Shown here: piece after piece, positions 27,290 to 35,350 of the stretch
Layout of the letters: each line of letters begins with the position of its first letter
How positions within the stretch are numbered: position 1 is the first letter of the stretch
NCBI GenBank assembly: GCA_015064245.1
Contig: SVSQ01000001.1
Location: 11,433 to 75,432 of the forward strand
Direction: 5' to 3'
Source: Oscillospiraceae bacterium
GTDB lineage: Bacteria > Bacillota > Clostridia > Oscillospirales > CAG-272
Length of the DNA stretch: 64,000 nucleotides
The notes under the pieces: model-generated
What the model was told of the DNA's origin: nothing
The model's database searches: none
The model's input: the letters and a program-made list of their open reading frames with translations, nothing else
Translations under genes and position numbers: made by a program

Positions 27290-27317
27290 GGCAACATAAA
27301 ATCTTAGATCTTTAATC

Positions 27318-28718
27318 TTAGATTATTGCAAGCAGAATGAAGTTCAGGAGGAAGAGAGCAGTGCAGACCCAGAGGATGGGGTTGATCTCTTTGACCTTCT
27401 TCTGGCATACCTTAACGATGATGTAGAAGATGAAGCCTGTAGCGATACCGTAAGAAATGCTGTAGCAAAGAGCCATGAAGATGCCTGCGAAGAACGCGGG
27501 AACAGCTTCCTCGAAATCGCCCCAGTCAATATCCTTGAAGGAGGACATCATCATAACACCGACAACTACGAGAGCAGGAGCAGTTGCAGCGGAAGGAACT
27601 GCACTTACGAATGTCGCGAGGAACGCAGAAAGAGCGAAGCAGATGGAAACTACGACGGATGTAAGACCTGTGCGTCCGCCCGCGCCGATACCTGCAGCGC
27701 TTTCAACGAAAGTCGTTGTGTTGGAGGTTCCGAACAGAGCGCCGACGGAAGTAGCCGTAGCGTCTGCGAAGAGAGCCTTATCCATCTTGGACTTGAAGCC
27801 TGCGCCGGACTCCATAGCCTTTTCGTCCTCCTCGGAGAAGATACCGCTGCGGCGGCCTGTTCCGATAAATGTACCGATAGTATCAAAGGTATCGGAGATA
27901 CTGAAGGAGAAGATGGTTATAAGAACGAGGGGCAGCTTGGAAACGTCTGTAAACAGACTGACTATTCCGCCCTCCTTAAAGATAGCGAGGAATGTGGAAG
28001 GAAGCTGAGAGCAAGCTTCTGTAAAGCTGATAGTATCGCCGACGGAGGTAACGCCGAAGGGGATACCAACGACGGTAGCCGCAATGATACCGATAAGGAT
28101 CGCGCCCTTTACCTTGAGAACGAGCAGAACTATCGTAAGGATCAGACCGAAGAGGAATACCCACAGAACGGGGTTGTTGAGCTTTGCAAGCTCAGGAACG
28201 ACGCCCGTGGTATTGACTCCGACGGGGCTTGTGATATCAACAGCCGCGCCCGTAAAGCCAACGAAATCGATATTAAGAAATCCTATGTACGCAACGAAGA
28301 TACCGATACCGCCGCCGATAGCGTGCTGAAGGCTGAGCGGGATCGCCTTGATGATATACTTGCGGATCTTGGTTACGGTAATGATAATGTTAAGAAGACC
28401 GCAGATAAATACCATAGAAAGCGCTTGCTGCCAGGTAAAGCCCAGCGTAAAGCATACGGTATAAACGAAGAACGCGTTAAGTCCCATACCGGGAGCCTGC
28501 GCGTAAGGAACGTTTGCAACGAGGCCCATTACCAGAGTTCCGACGATAGCGGAAATAATGGTAGCGAGGAACACTGCGCCCCACTGCATACCGGACTGCG
28601 AAAGGATTCCGGGGTTAACTACAATAATGTAGGACATTGCGAAAAAGGTAGTCAGACCAGCCATGATTTCGGTTGATACTGTAGTACCGTTTTCCTGCAG
28701 ACGAAACAGTTTTTTCAT
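27318..28718 (-). CDS. NCS2/AzgA-family purine (adenine/guanine/hypoxanthine) permease
   Basis: The N-terminus MKKLFRLQENGTTVSTEIMAGLTTFFAMSYIIVVNP is characteristic of PbuG/AzgA-like permeases. It has ~13 hydrophobic segments. RBS is aaggagg. Confidence 0.85.
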   Translation of the reverse strand: MKKLFRLQENGTTVSTEIMAGLTTFFAMSYIIVVNPGILSQSGMQWGAVFLATIISAIVGTLVMGLVANVPYAQAPGMGLNAFFVYTVCFTLGFTWQQALSMVFICGLLNIIITVTKIRKYIIKAIPLSLQHAIGGGIGIFVAYIGFLNIDFVGFTGAAVDITSPVGVNTTGVVPELAKLNNPVLWVFLFGLILTIVLLVLKVKGAILIGIIAATVVGIPFGVTSVGDTISFTEACSQLPSTFLAIFKEGGIVSLFTDVSKLPLVLITIFSFSISDTFDTIGTFIGTGRRSGIFSEEDEKAMESGAGFKSKMDKALFADATATSVGALFGTSNTTTFVESAAGIGAGGRTGLTSVVVSICFALSAFLATFVSAVPSAATAPALVVVGVMMMSSFKDIDWGDFEEAVPAFFAGIFMALCYSISYGIATGFIFYIIVKVCQKKVKEINPILWVCTALFLLNFILLAII

Positions 28719-28751
28719 GGAAAAAACCTCCTTCTTAAAATTGATGACATC

Positions 28752-28780
28752 ATTATATCACATCTTTCTGCATTTTTCAA
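28752..28780 (-). promoter_or_regulatory. sigma-A type promoter for the purine permease
   Basis: The minus strand reads TTGAAA - 17 nt - TATAAT. The leader to the ATG is only ~27-35 nt. Confidence 0.6.
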
Positions 28781-28991
28781 GATATTTTCACATTTTTTTA
28801 ATAAAATATAAAAACTTTTTTCAAGCCGCGAGTTCATTATAAAACGTAACACATAACGCGTGTAAATGTGCGATGTTTGCCATAAAATGCGGCGAAGCCG
28901 CGCACCATTCGCTTCAGCGAACATAATCAGGAAAAGCCAACATCATTTACAAAAACAAAAGATAAGTTGACAAAAAAGATACCAACACATA

Positions 28992-29114
28992 TCAGCTTTT
29001 ATACTCAAAAATATCTGTATTATAAGCAACGAAGATTTTACCCAAGTTTTTTTCTGTTACGACGATCATAGTATCACCGCGGTTTGTGAAGTTGTAAATG
29101 CCACCATCACTCAT
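28992..29114 (-). CDS. possible 40-aa small ORF (MSDGGIYNFTNRGDTMIVVTEKNLGKIFVAYNTDIFEYKS)
   Basis: I found this by manual translation; it is below the ORF-track length cut-off. The RBS is weak. It lies in an AT-rich islet downstream of the 29186 gene. Confidence 0.2.
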   Translation of the reverse strand: MSDGGIYNFTNRGDTMIVVTEKNLGKIFVAYNTDIFEYKS

Positions 29115-29185
29115 ACGGAGTCTTTCATTCCAAGTGTAAAGCATCCAAATTCAGCAAAGTGAGCTCTATATCATTTTCAGCGGTT

Positions 29186-29812
29186 TTACACCCCCATAGC
29201 GCCTTCCCAAAACCAAGAAAAACACACGATCACAGCCACTTCATATAACATAGCTGCCACCAGCATAGCGATATTTTTAACTTTTGATTCGTTATTTTTC
29301 AACGCCAAGAACTGAAAGAATACGCTTGTCGCGTTAATACCCGTCGCGGCAAAAGGATATAGGCAAAGCAGAGCTATTGAAATCCCCGAAAACACAACGT
29401 AAATACCATCCCAATTGCAAGGGACTTCCAGCAGTCCTGCGATCCACATAAAAACAGCGAACAAAGCCGCATACGCTAAATGCAGAAGCAATACGAAAAA
29501 AGCTATTTTTGTTTTGCTGACGTTTTTGGTGTTCGTTTTTACGCGGTATTTATAAATAGTTTTCTGAATTTTATCCACCAATGCAGTTTTATCTACAACT
29601 TTGATTTCTTCCAAAGGATTTTTCCAACCCTGCGCGGTGTCATCGGTAACAACGGTAATAAAATAGGCGTTCAAAGGCTCAATATACCCTACATCAATCA
29701 ACATTCCATCCCTATAATGAATCTCTATCATATCTTCATCGTCTTCTAAAATAAACGATATTTTCCCGTTCAATAAATCAAGCTTTTTATAATCGTCATG
29801 CCAAGAGGTCAT
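29186..29812 (-). CDS. hypothetical membrane protein (soluble ~95-aa N-domain plus ~4 TM helices)
   Basis: The ORF is trimmed to MTSWHDDYKK (ATG at 29812, RBS aaaggcgg). The C-terminal half is hydrophobic (IAFFVLLLHLAYAALFAVFMWIAGLL..). The region is AT-rich. I recognise no family. Confidence 0.55.
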   Translation of the reverse strand: MTSWHDDYKKLDLLNGKISFILEDDEDMIEIHYRDGMLIDVGYIEPLNAYFITVVTDDTAQGWKNPLEEIKVVDKTALVDKIQKTIYKYRVKTNTKNVSKTKIAFFVLLLHLAYAALFAVFMWIAGLLEVPCNWDGIYVVFSGISIALLCLYPFAATGINATSVFFQFLALKNNESKVKNIAMLVAAMLYEVAVIVCFSWFWEGAMGV

Positions 29813-29883
29813 TGTATCACCGCCTTTCAAACAAAATTTATAACTATCTCGCAATAAAACATTTAGAAATCTTCTCTGCGACC

Positions 29884-29912
29884 ATTATATCAGAAAAACG
29901 GAAATTTGTCAA
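29884..29912 (-). promoter_or_regulatory. sigma-A type promoter for the 29812 gene
   Basis: The minus strand reads TTGACA - 17 nt - TATAAT. The -35 directly abuts the first GATGAAAT motif. Confidence 0.6.
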
Positions 29913-30080
29913 ATGAAATCACTTACAGTGATGAAATCCTCACTTCGTTCGGATGAAATCTTCTGCGTTCCGCCTCAGATGAAATTAAATCCGCATCTCC
30001 CCCCCCCGCGAAAGCGGGATTTCATCGCGTAGCGATTTCATCCACCGCAGGTGGATTTATTCCGCATAAGGCGGATTTAG
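29913..30080. repeat. array of eight GATGAAAT-type motifs (4 direct, 4 inverted) around a C9 tract, with four mini-hairpins
   Basis: atgaaat(c/t) occurs at 29913, 29931, 29953 and 29979. C9 occupies 29999-30007. gatttcat/gatttat/gatttag occur at 30018, 30034, 30054 and 30074. Each inverted copy is preceded by a 5-6 bp hairpin (30005-18, 30024-36, 30041-55, 30061-75). Confidence 0.85.
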
Positions 30081-30082
30081 TT

Positions 30083-30119
30083 AAAAAAAGAGAGCAAGTC
30101 CAAAGACTTGCTCTCTTTT
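30083..30119 (-). terminator. rho-independent terminator of the tRNA operon
   Basis: The minus strand reads gagagcaagtc-tttg-gacttgctctc followed by ttttttt, directly after tRNA-Cys. Confidence 0.8.
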
Positions 30120-30123
30120 ATTC

Positions 30124-30198
30124 TGGAGGCGCCTGCGGGATTTGCACCCGCGAATAACGGTGTTGCAGACCGGGGCCTTACTGCTTGGCTAAGGCGCC
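30124..30198 (-). tRNA. tRNA-Cys (GCA), atypical D-loop/T-loop
   Basis: The acceptor is GGCGCCT/AGGCGCC, the discriminator is U and CCA is encoded. The anticodon loop is CTGCAAC. The T-arm is GCGGG-TGCAAAT-CCCGC (TGC instead of TTC). The D-loop is AAGCAGTAA (no GG). The anticodon stem has one mismatch. Confidence 0.7.
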
Positions 30199-30235
30199 TA
30201 ACAATTTGGCACACCGATGAGGTGTGCCATTTGTA

Positions 30236-30311
30236 TGGAGCGGATTACGGGGCTCGAACCCGCCACCTCGACCTTGGCAAGGTCGCGCTCTACCAAATGA
30301 GCTAAATCCGC
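30236..30311 (-). tRNA. tRNA-Gly (GCC)
   Basis: The sequence is GCGGATTTAGCTCATTTGGTAGAGCGCGACCTTGCCAAGGTCGAGGTGGCGGGTTCGAGCCCCGTAATCCGCTCCA. The anticodon loop is TTGCCAA. Confidence 0.9.
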
Positions 30312-30315
30312 AAAA

Positions 30316-30391
30316 TGGTGCCTCCGGTCGGAATTGAACCAACGACACGGGGATTTTCAGTCCCCTGCTCTACCAACTGAGCTACAGAGGC
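30316..30391 (-). tRNA. tRNA-Phe (GAA)
   Basis: The sequence is GCCTCTGTAGCTCAGTTGGTAGAGCAGGGGACTGAAAATCCCCGTGTCGTTGGTTCAATTCCGACCGGAGGCACCA. The anticodon loop is CTGAAAA. Confidence 0.9.
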
Positions 30392-30406
30392 TCATCACAA
30401 GAAAAA

Positions 30407-30483
30407 TGGCGACCCGGAAGGGACTCGAACCCTCGACCTCTAGCGTGACAGGCTAGCGTTCTAACCAACTGAACTACCGGGCC
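30407..30483 (-). tRNA. tRNA-Asp (GTC)
   Basis: The sequence is GGCCCGGTAGTTCAGTTGGTTAGAACGCTAGCCTGTCACGCTAGAGGTCGAGGGTTCGAGTCCCTTCCGGGTCGCCA. The anticodon loop is CTGTCAC. Confidence 0.9.
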
Positions 30484-30485
30484 AT

Positions 30486-30561
30486 TGGTGGAAACAATAG
30501 GGCTCGAACCTATGACCCTCTGCTTGTAAGGCAGATGCTCTCCCAGCTGAGCTATGCTTCC
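30486..30561 (-). tRNA. tRNA-Val (TAC)
   Basis: The sequence is GGAAGCATAGCTCAGCTGGGAGAGCATCTGCCTTACAAGCAGAGGGTCATAGGTTCGAGCCCTATTGTTTCCACCA. The anticodon loop is CTTACAA. Confidence 0.9.
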
Positions 30562-30591
30562 ATTAAACCATTCGTTCTTGCGACGGGTATT

Positions 30592-30620
30592 ATTATATCA
30601 TATTTGTTTTCATTTGTCAA
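30592..30620 (-). promoter_or_regulatory. sigma-A consensus promoter of the tRNA operon
   Basis: The minus strand reads TTGACA - 17 nt - TATAAT, ~30 nt upstream of the tRNA-Val 5' end. Confidence 0.75.
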
Positions 30621-30678
30621 GGGGTTTTTGAAAATTTCTCAAAAAAATTTTTCAGGACGTTTTTCCCGTATTTTTCGG

Positions 30679-31449
30679 CTATTTTTCATAGGGACAACGG
30701 ACGACGAAAAACCACTTTTCATCCCTCTCCCCAGCCTGCTCCATATCAAATCCGGAATAGACCGCCACAGTCTCAAGTCCCGCCTCCGCGATCATCTCTT
30801 CAAGCTGAGCGCGCGTCCAGATCTTCTCCGTCTGAACCTCTTCGCGCTTTGTATAGGTACCGTCCTCGTTCTCTATAAATAACGTAAGAAGCAGATCGCA
30901 CTCTCCGCTCTTTTCGTCTACGTCGCTCCGCCAGCCGAGATAAACGCCGTCCTCTTCAAGAAAATAATCACGTTTTGCAAATACCTCGTAAAAACGGTAT
31001 ACGGAATTCACGTCGAACAAGAACAGCGCTCCCGGATTCAGATAGTTACGCACCAGCCTCAGACATTTCAGAACGTCCTCGCGGCTGTATAGGTAGCTCA
31101 CCCCGTCCAGGGCGCAGATGATGGCGTCAACCGTACCGTAGAGCTCAAAGGAACGCATATCCTGAAGCAGATAAAGTATGCTCTGCTCCGACTCGTACGC
31201 CCGCATAGACGCCTCTGAAAGCATATCGGGGGAAATATCGACGCCTATCATGTCGTAGCCCCGCTTCGCCATCTCCGAGGTCAGCTCGCCCGTTCCGCAT
31301 CCGAGATCCAGAATAAGCTCCTCCTTCCCGCTTCCGTGCTTTGCAAATACCTTCTTTATGTAATCGCAATACACGGGATAATCGGCGCCGTTCAGACGGT
31401 CGTAATACCCCGCCAGCGCCGAGAACTGAATATTGTCATCCTTTTTCAT
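30679..31449 (-). CDS. class I SAM-dependent methyltransferase
   Basis: It has motif I ILDLGCGTGELT, GVDISPDML and IICALDGVSY. Length is 256 aa. Confidence 0.8.
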   Translation of the reverse strand: MKKDDNIQFSALAGYYDRLNGADYPVYCDYIKKVFAKHGSGKEELILDLGCGTGELTSEMAKRGYDMIGVDISPDMLSEASMRAYESEQSILYLLQDMRSFELYGTVDAIICALDGVSYLYSREDVLKCLRLVRNYLNPGALFLFDVNSVYRFYEVFAKRDYFLEEDGVYLGWRSDVDEKSGECDLLLTLFIENEDGTYTKREEVQTEKIWTRAQLEEMIAEAGLETVAVYSGFDMEQAGERDEKWFFVVRCPYEK

Positions 31450-31522
31450 AACGTCACCATTCTTATACAGCGAAGTCTCGCCGCTTACTTTTACAGCTCC
31501 TGCTCAAAAGAACTTGCCCTTG

Positions 31523-31762
31523 TCAGGCTTCCAATACCGCGAGCACCGGCGTTCCCTCGGAGACCTTGTCTCCTGGCTTGAAGAAGCTGGCTATCACGGT
31601 TCCGATCAGCACGGAGGTCTCCTCAAGTATCGCGCCGTCCGACTCGTAAGCGAACAGCACGTCCCCGACGCCGACCTTATCACCGACTCTTTTGAATACC
31701 GCCTTGAGCACCGGCAGAGGAAGCTCCGGCATCTGCGACGGTATTTTAACCATTCCGATCAT
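31523..31762 (-). CDS. small lipoyl/biotinyl-domain-like protein lacking the modifiable lysine
   Basis: VGDKVGVGDVLFAYESDGAILEETSVLIGTVIASFFKPGDKVSEGTPVLAVLE fits the lipoyl-domain hybrid-barrel pattern. It has ESDGA where ETDKA/EAMKM is expected. Confidence 0.5.
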   Translation of the reverse strand: MIGMVKIPSQMPELPLPVLKAVFKRVGDKVGVGDVLFAYESDGAILEETSVLIGTVIASFFKPGDKVSEGTPVLAVLEA

Positions 31763-31891
31763 AAAAAACTCTTTCTGCGCTCATTCATAGCGCAAGGCAG
31801 GCTTGCAGACGCTTTTCATCGCGTCCGCAAAGCCGATTTTTGCTATATTCCTTAACTGTGAAATGTTCGCTCGCCTACAAACACTCCAAGT

Positions 31892-34159
31892 TTACACACA
31901 AGTAACCACCGTATCAGAAAGATCGTCTTTTCCCGAAACGGTTATCAAAGATACCCCGTTCTTCGCCGAGATCACAGCCTCAGCAATGCGGTCCTCAACG
32001 TTAGTCTGCATATAACGTCTCATGTTTCTCGCGCCGAAACGCTGAGAATAGGAGTTTTTCGCAACGGTCTTTACCGCCTTTTCGTCGTAGCTTATACCGT
32101 AATTCTTACTGCGAAGCGCGTCGCAAAGCTCATCAAGCATTATAACGGCGATCTTTTCAAAGTCTTCCTCGCTGAGCGAGCGGAAGGTGATGACCTCGTC
32201 AACACGGTTGAGGAACTCGGGGCGCAGGAATTCCGAAAGCGCCGCCATAGTCTTGCCCTCGTTCTGTGTCTGAGCGTTCTCGCCGAAGCCGAGAACACCG
32301 TTTCCGCTCTGAGAACCCGCGTTGGTGGTCATAATGATAACAGTATTTTCAAAGTTGACGGTCCTGCCCTGAGCGTCCGTCACACGTCCGTCGTCAAGTA
32401 TCTGAAGCAGAATATTCATAACGTCGGGGTGCGCCTTCTCTATCTCGTCGAAAAGAACGACGGAATAAGGCTTGCGGCGGATCTTCTCGGTAAGCTGTCC
32501 CGCGTCGTCGTAACCAACGTATCCGGGAGGCGCGCCGATGATCCTGGAGACCGCGTGCTTTTCCATAAACTCCGACATATCAAGTCTTATCAAGGATTCG
32601 GGCGCATTGAAAAGCTCCGCGGCAAGACGTTTTACAAGCTCCGTCTTTCCAACGCCCGTCGGACCTGCGAAAATGAAGGACGTGGGCTTTCTCTTTGCGC
32701 TTACGCCTACGCGCGAACGCTTCACCGCGCGGCAAACAGCCCCAACCGCCTGATCCTGTCCGATTATGTGCTTTTTAAGCGAGTCCTCAAGCTTCGCCAG
32801 CTTGGCAAACTCCTGCTCCGTGATACTGCTGGCGGGAATACCCGTCCATATCTCGATGACCTTCGCCAGTTCCTCTTCCGTAAGCACCAGAGCATCCACC
32901 TTGGCTTTGTTTTCGGAAACTTTTCCCTCGGCGTTCATTATGCCGCTCTTAAGCTCAGCCATATGCTGATAGAACTCGTTCTCCTTATCCTTGAAGGCTT
33001 CAACGCCCTTTTCCTCCAGCTCTCTTTCCTCCGCCTTCAGCTTGGAAAGCTCAGCCTCCGCCTCGGAAAGCTTATCTATCTCGGGCGAGTTCAGGGCAAG
33101 ACGGGAGCAAGCCTCGTCCAGCAGATCTATCGCCTTGTCGGGCAGGAACCTGTCCGTTATATACCTCTCCGCCAGAACTACCGTCTTTTCAAGGATACTT
33201 GCGGGAACGGTGAGTCTGTGGAAGCTTTCATAATAGTGCTTGACGCCCTTCAGTATCTGAATGGTATCGTCGATGCTGGACTCCTCTACTATTATTGGCT
33301 GGAAACGTCTCTCAAGAGCCGAATCCTTCTCTATATACTTTCTGTACTCCGCCAGCGTCGTGGCGCCGATAAGCTGTATCTCGCCTCTGGACAATGCGGG
33401 CTTGAGAATGTTGGCGGCGTTCATAGAGCCCTCCGCGTCACCCGCGCCGACGATACTGTGTACCTCGTCGATAACGAGAATGATGTTACCCTCAGCCTTG
33501 ACTTCGCCGATAAGAGCCTTCATTCTGCCCTCGAACTGACCTCTGAACTGCGTTCCCGCAACGAGAGCCGTCATATCGACCAGCAGTATCTCCTTGTTCT
33601 TCAGCTTGTAGGGGACGTCACCCGCTACTATCTTCTGCGCAAGCGCCTCCGCGATAGCAGTCTTACCTACTCCGGGCTCGCCTATGAGACAGGGATTGTT
33701 CTTCTGACGGCGGCAGAGTATCTGCATAAGTCTGCCAAGCTCGCGCTCGCGTCCGATGACCTTGTCCAGCTTGCCCTCCTTGGCTCTGTCCGTAAGGTTT
33801 ATGCAGAACTGCTCGATGGATTTTCTCTGATTCTGGGGCGCGCTCTTCTGCTGAGCTCCCGGCTGACCGCCCGGTCTTTTACCGCCGCTTGCCTGAGGTC
33901 CCGCGCCGCCCGTAAGCTTTGAAAACAGCTCGTCAAAGTTTATCATTGGCGCTTTGCCGTCGCCGCCTTCCATCATGCTCTGCATGCTTTCGTTAAAGCT
34001 CTGCAGTATATCCCCCGCGTTTTCGACCTGCGGGGGCAGTTTTATTCCAAGCTCCTTGGCGCAGGAATAGCATATTCCCTCGCTCTTGGTCCCGTTCTGA
34101 TCCTGACGGGTTATATACACCATAGCAGGAGCGTTTTTACATCTTGAACACATTTCCAT
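31892..34159 (-). CDS. clpE: ClpE-type Clp/Hsp100 ATPase (N-terminal zinc ribbon, two AAA+ modules)
   Basis: The N-terminus is [14 protein letters not shown]. It has Walker [10 protein letters not shown] and GPTGVGKTE, a coiled-coil middle region, a LGFG ClpP-docking-like loop and sensor motifs. Length is 755 aa. Confidence 0.8.
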   Translation of the reverse strand: MEMCSRCKNAPAMVYITRQDQNGTKSEGICYSCAKELGIKLPPQVENAGDILQSFNESMQSMMEGGDGKAPMINFDELFSKLTGGAGPQASGGKRPGGQPGAQQKSAPQNQRKSIEQFCINLTDRAKEGKLDKVIGRERELGRLMQILCRRQKNNPCLIGEPGVGKTAIAEALAQKIVAGDVPYKLKNKEILLVDMTALVAGTQFRGQFEGRMKALIGEVKAEGNIILVIDEVHSIVGAGDAEGSMNAANILKPALSRGEIQLIGATTLAEYRKYIEKDSALERRFQPIIVEESSIDDTIQILKGVKHYYESFHRLTVPASILEKTVVLAERYITDRFLPDKAIDLLDEACSRLALNSPEIDKLSEAEAELSKLKAEERELEEKGVEAFKDKENEFYQHMAELKSGIMNAEGKVSENKAKVDALVLTEEELAKVIEIWTGIPASSITEQEFAKLAKLEDSLKKHIIGQDQAVGAVCRAVKRSRVGVSAKRKPTSFIFAGPTGVGKTELVKRLAAELFNAPESLIRLDMSEFMEKHAVSRIIGAPPGYVGYDDAGQLTEKIRRKPYSVVLFDEIEKAHPDVMNILLQILDDGRVTDAQGRTVNFENTVIIMTTNAGSQSGNGVLGFGENAQTQNEGKTMAALSEFLRPEFLNRVDEVITFRSLSEEDFEKIAVIMLDELCDALRSKNYGISYDEKAVKTVAKNSYSQRFGARNMRRYMQTNVEDRIAEAVISAKNGVSLITVSGKDDLSDTVVTCV

Positions 34160-34261
34160 AAATTATATGACCGTACCTTTCGCTGTATTCCTATAATCAG
34201 TCATTTTCGTTGTTTATTATTGGCTCCGTCACTCAATATGACTTATATTTTCCCAAAAACG

Positions 34262-34355
34262 GTCATTCTGAGCGAAGCACCGCCGAGATTCCGCCTACTG
34301 CGATTTTGCTTACGCAAAATTTCGACTTCGGACTACGTCCTACGCTCAGAATGAC
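34262..34355. repeat. 13-bp inverted repeat (gtcattctgagcg / cgctcagaatgac) enclosing a 68-nt structured spacer
   Basis: The arms are at 34262-34274 and 34343-34355. The inner hairpin is attttgc-ttac-gcaaaat. It lies between the whiA stop and the clpE start. Confidence 0.85.
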
Positions 34356-34441
34356 AACGGCGGCGCGAAGTCGAACCCGCAGGGCGAGGCATAGCCTCGG
34401 GATCTTGTCCAAAATCATCCGTTTAATATGACAGAGCTTTT

Positions 34442-35281
34442 TTATTTCAAATAACCCTTCTTCTCCGCGAACTCAACTATTTTTTTGAGGCGGTGATTTA
34501 CCCCTGAACGGCTGATCTCGCCGCCGTGAAGCTCGGTAATATCATCAAGTGAGTCCATTGGGTGGGCAAGGCGTATCTCCGCGGTCTGACGCAGGGTGCG
34601 AGGCAGATCCTTCAAAGCCCCGAATTCGATTATGGCTTTTATGGCATCGGTCTGGCGCATAGCCGCGTCAACGGTCTTCTGTATGTTACCCGTATCGCAG
34701 TTTCTCTGCCTGTTCACAGAGGTACGGAGCTCGCTCATTATAGCGCTGTTCATAAGATCGAGGGTGGACGCGGACGCGCCGATATAGGTCAGAAAGTCCT
34801 CCACCGTCTCGTATTTTTTGTAGTACAGAAGTATCTCGCCCCGTCTGATCGCTTCCTTCGGGACGAAACCCAGCTCCGAAAGATACTCCGAGAGCAGCAT
34901 TCTCGCCTCACGGCTGGGCATTACCATCTCAAGATGGAGGTTCTTCTCGCTCTTACTGGCTCTTCCGCAAACGAGGAACGCGCCCCGTATCAGATTTGCA
35001 AAGCAGGACGGACATATCCGCCCGCTGGAAACGGGGAGCTTTAAACCGCTTTCTTCATCGACGACGTAACCCGCAGGCTCGCTATCCTCGAAAAACGCCT
35101 TGCGCTTCTTGCGGCTGAGCTTTTCTTTATATTCGTTTATAGCATCGGTAAATTCGTTTTTTCTGCTTCTGGCGAAGATCTCCGTCCCCGTTATGAACGA
35201 GCGCTTACAGCAATCGGATTTTATCTCCATTGAAAGAAGCTGATGCTTTATACTTTGAACAAATGTTATATTTTCTTCCAT
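34442..35281 (-). CDS. whiA: DNA-binding protein WhiA
   Basis: This is a 279-aa ORF. It has the C-terminal HTH region LRLAHPMDSLDDITELHGGEISRSGVNHRLKKI and a LAGLIDADG-like middle domain by layout. The RBS is weak. Confidence 0.75.
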   Translation of the reverse strand: MEENITFVQSIKHQLLSMEIKSDCCKRSFITGTEIFARSRKNEFTDAINEYKEKLSRKKRKAFFEDSEPAGYVVDEESGLKLPVSSGRICPSCFANLIRGAFLVCGRASKSEKNLHLEMVMPSREARMLLSEYLSELGFVPKEAIRRGEILLYYKKYETVEDFLTYIGASASTLDLMNSAIMSELRTSVNRQRNCDTGNIQKTVDAAMRQTDAIKAIIEFGALKDLPRTLRQTAEIRLAHPMDSLDDITELHGGEISRSGVNHRLKKIVEFAEKKGYLK

Positions 35282-35350
35282 TTTTATTTTGGTCTCAAAA
35301 TAAGGTTTTTCTATAATTTTTAGTTTGAGTATATTTTTTACTAATTTTTA

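Noticed and set aside
28719-28960. Purine riboswitch upstream of the NCS2 purine permease
   Set aside because: The predicted promoter leaves only a ~30-nt leader. Further upstream I could not find the conserved three-way-junction core (paired P1 with UAUA..loops..CUAC..ACCGUAAAU-type strings). Only an Infernal scan could exclude it formally.
29990-30060. DnaA boxes / replication origin near the tRNA operon
   Set aside because: Words such as tcatccacc resemble TTATCCACA only with 2-3 mismatches. There is no dnaA/dnaN context or AT-rich unwinding element. I describe the region as a motif array instead.
34160-34441. CtsR operator in front of clpE
   Set aside because: No tandem GGTCAAA heptads occur on either strand. 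There are only three GTCATAT words, which do not match the consensus.
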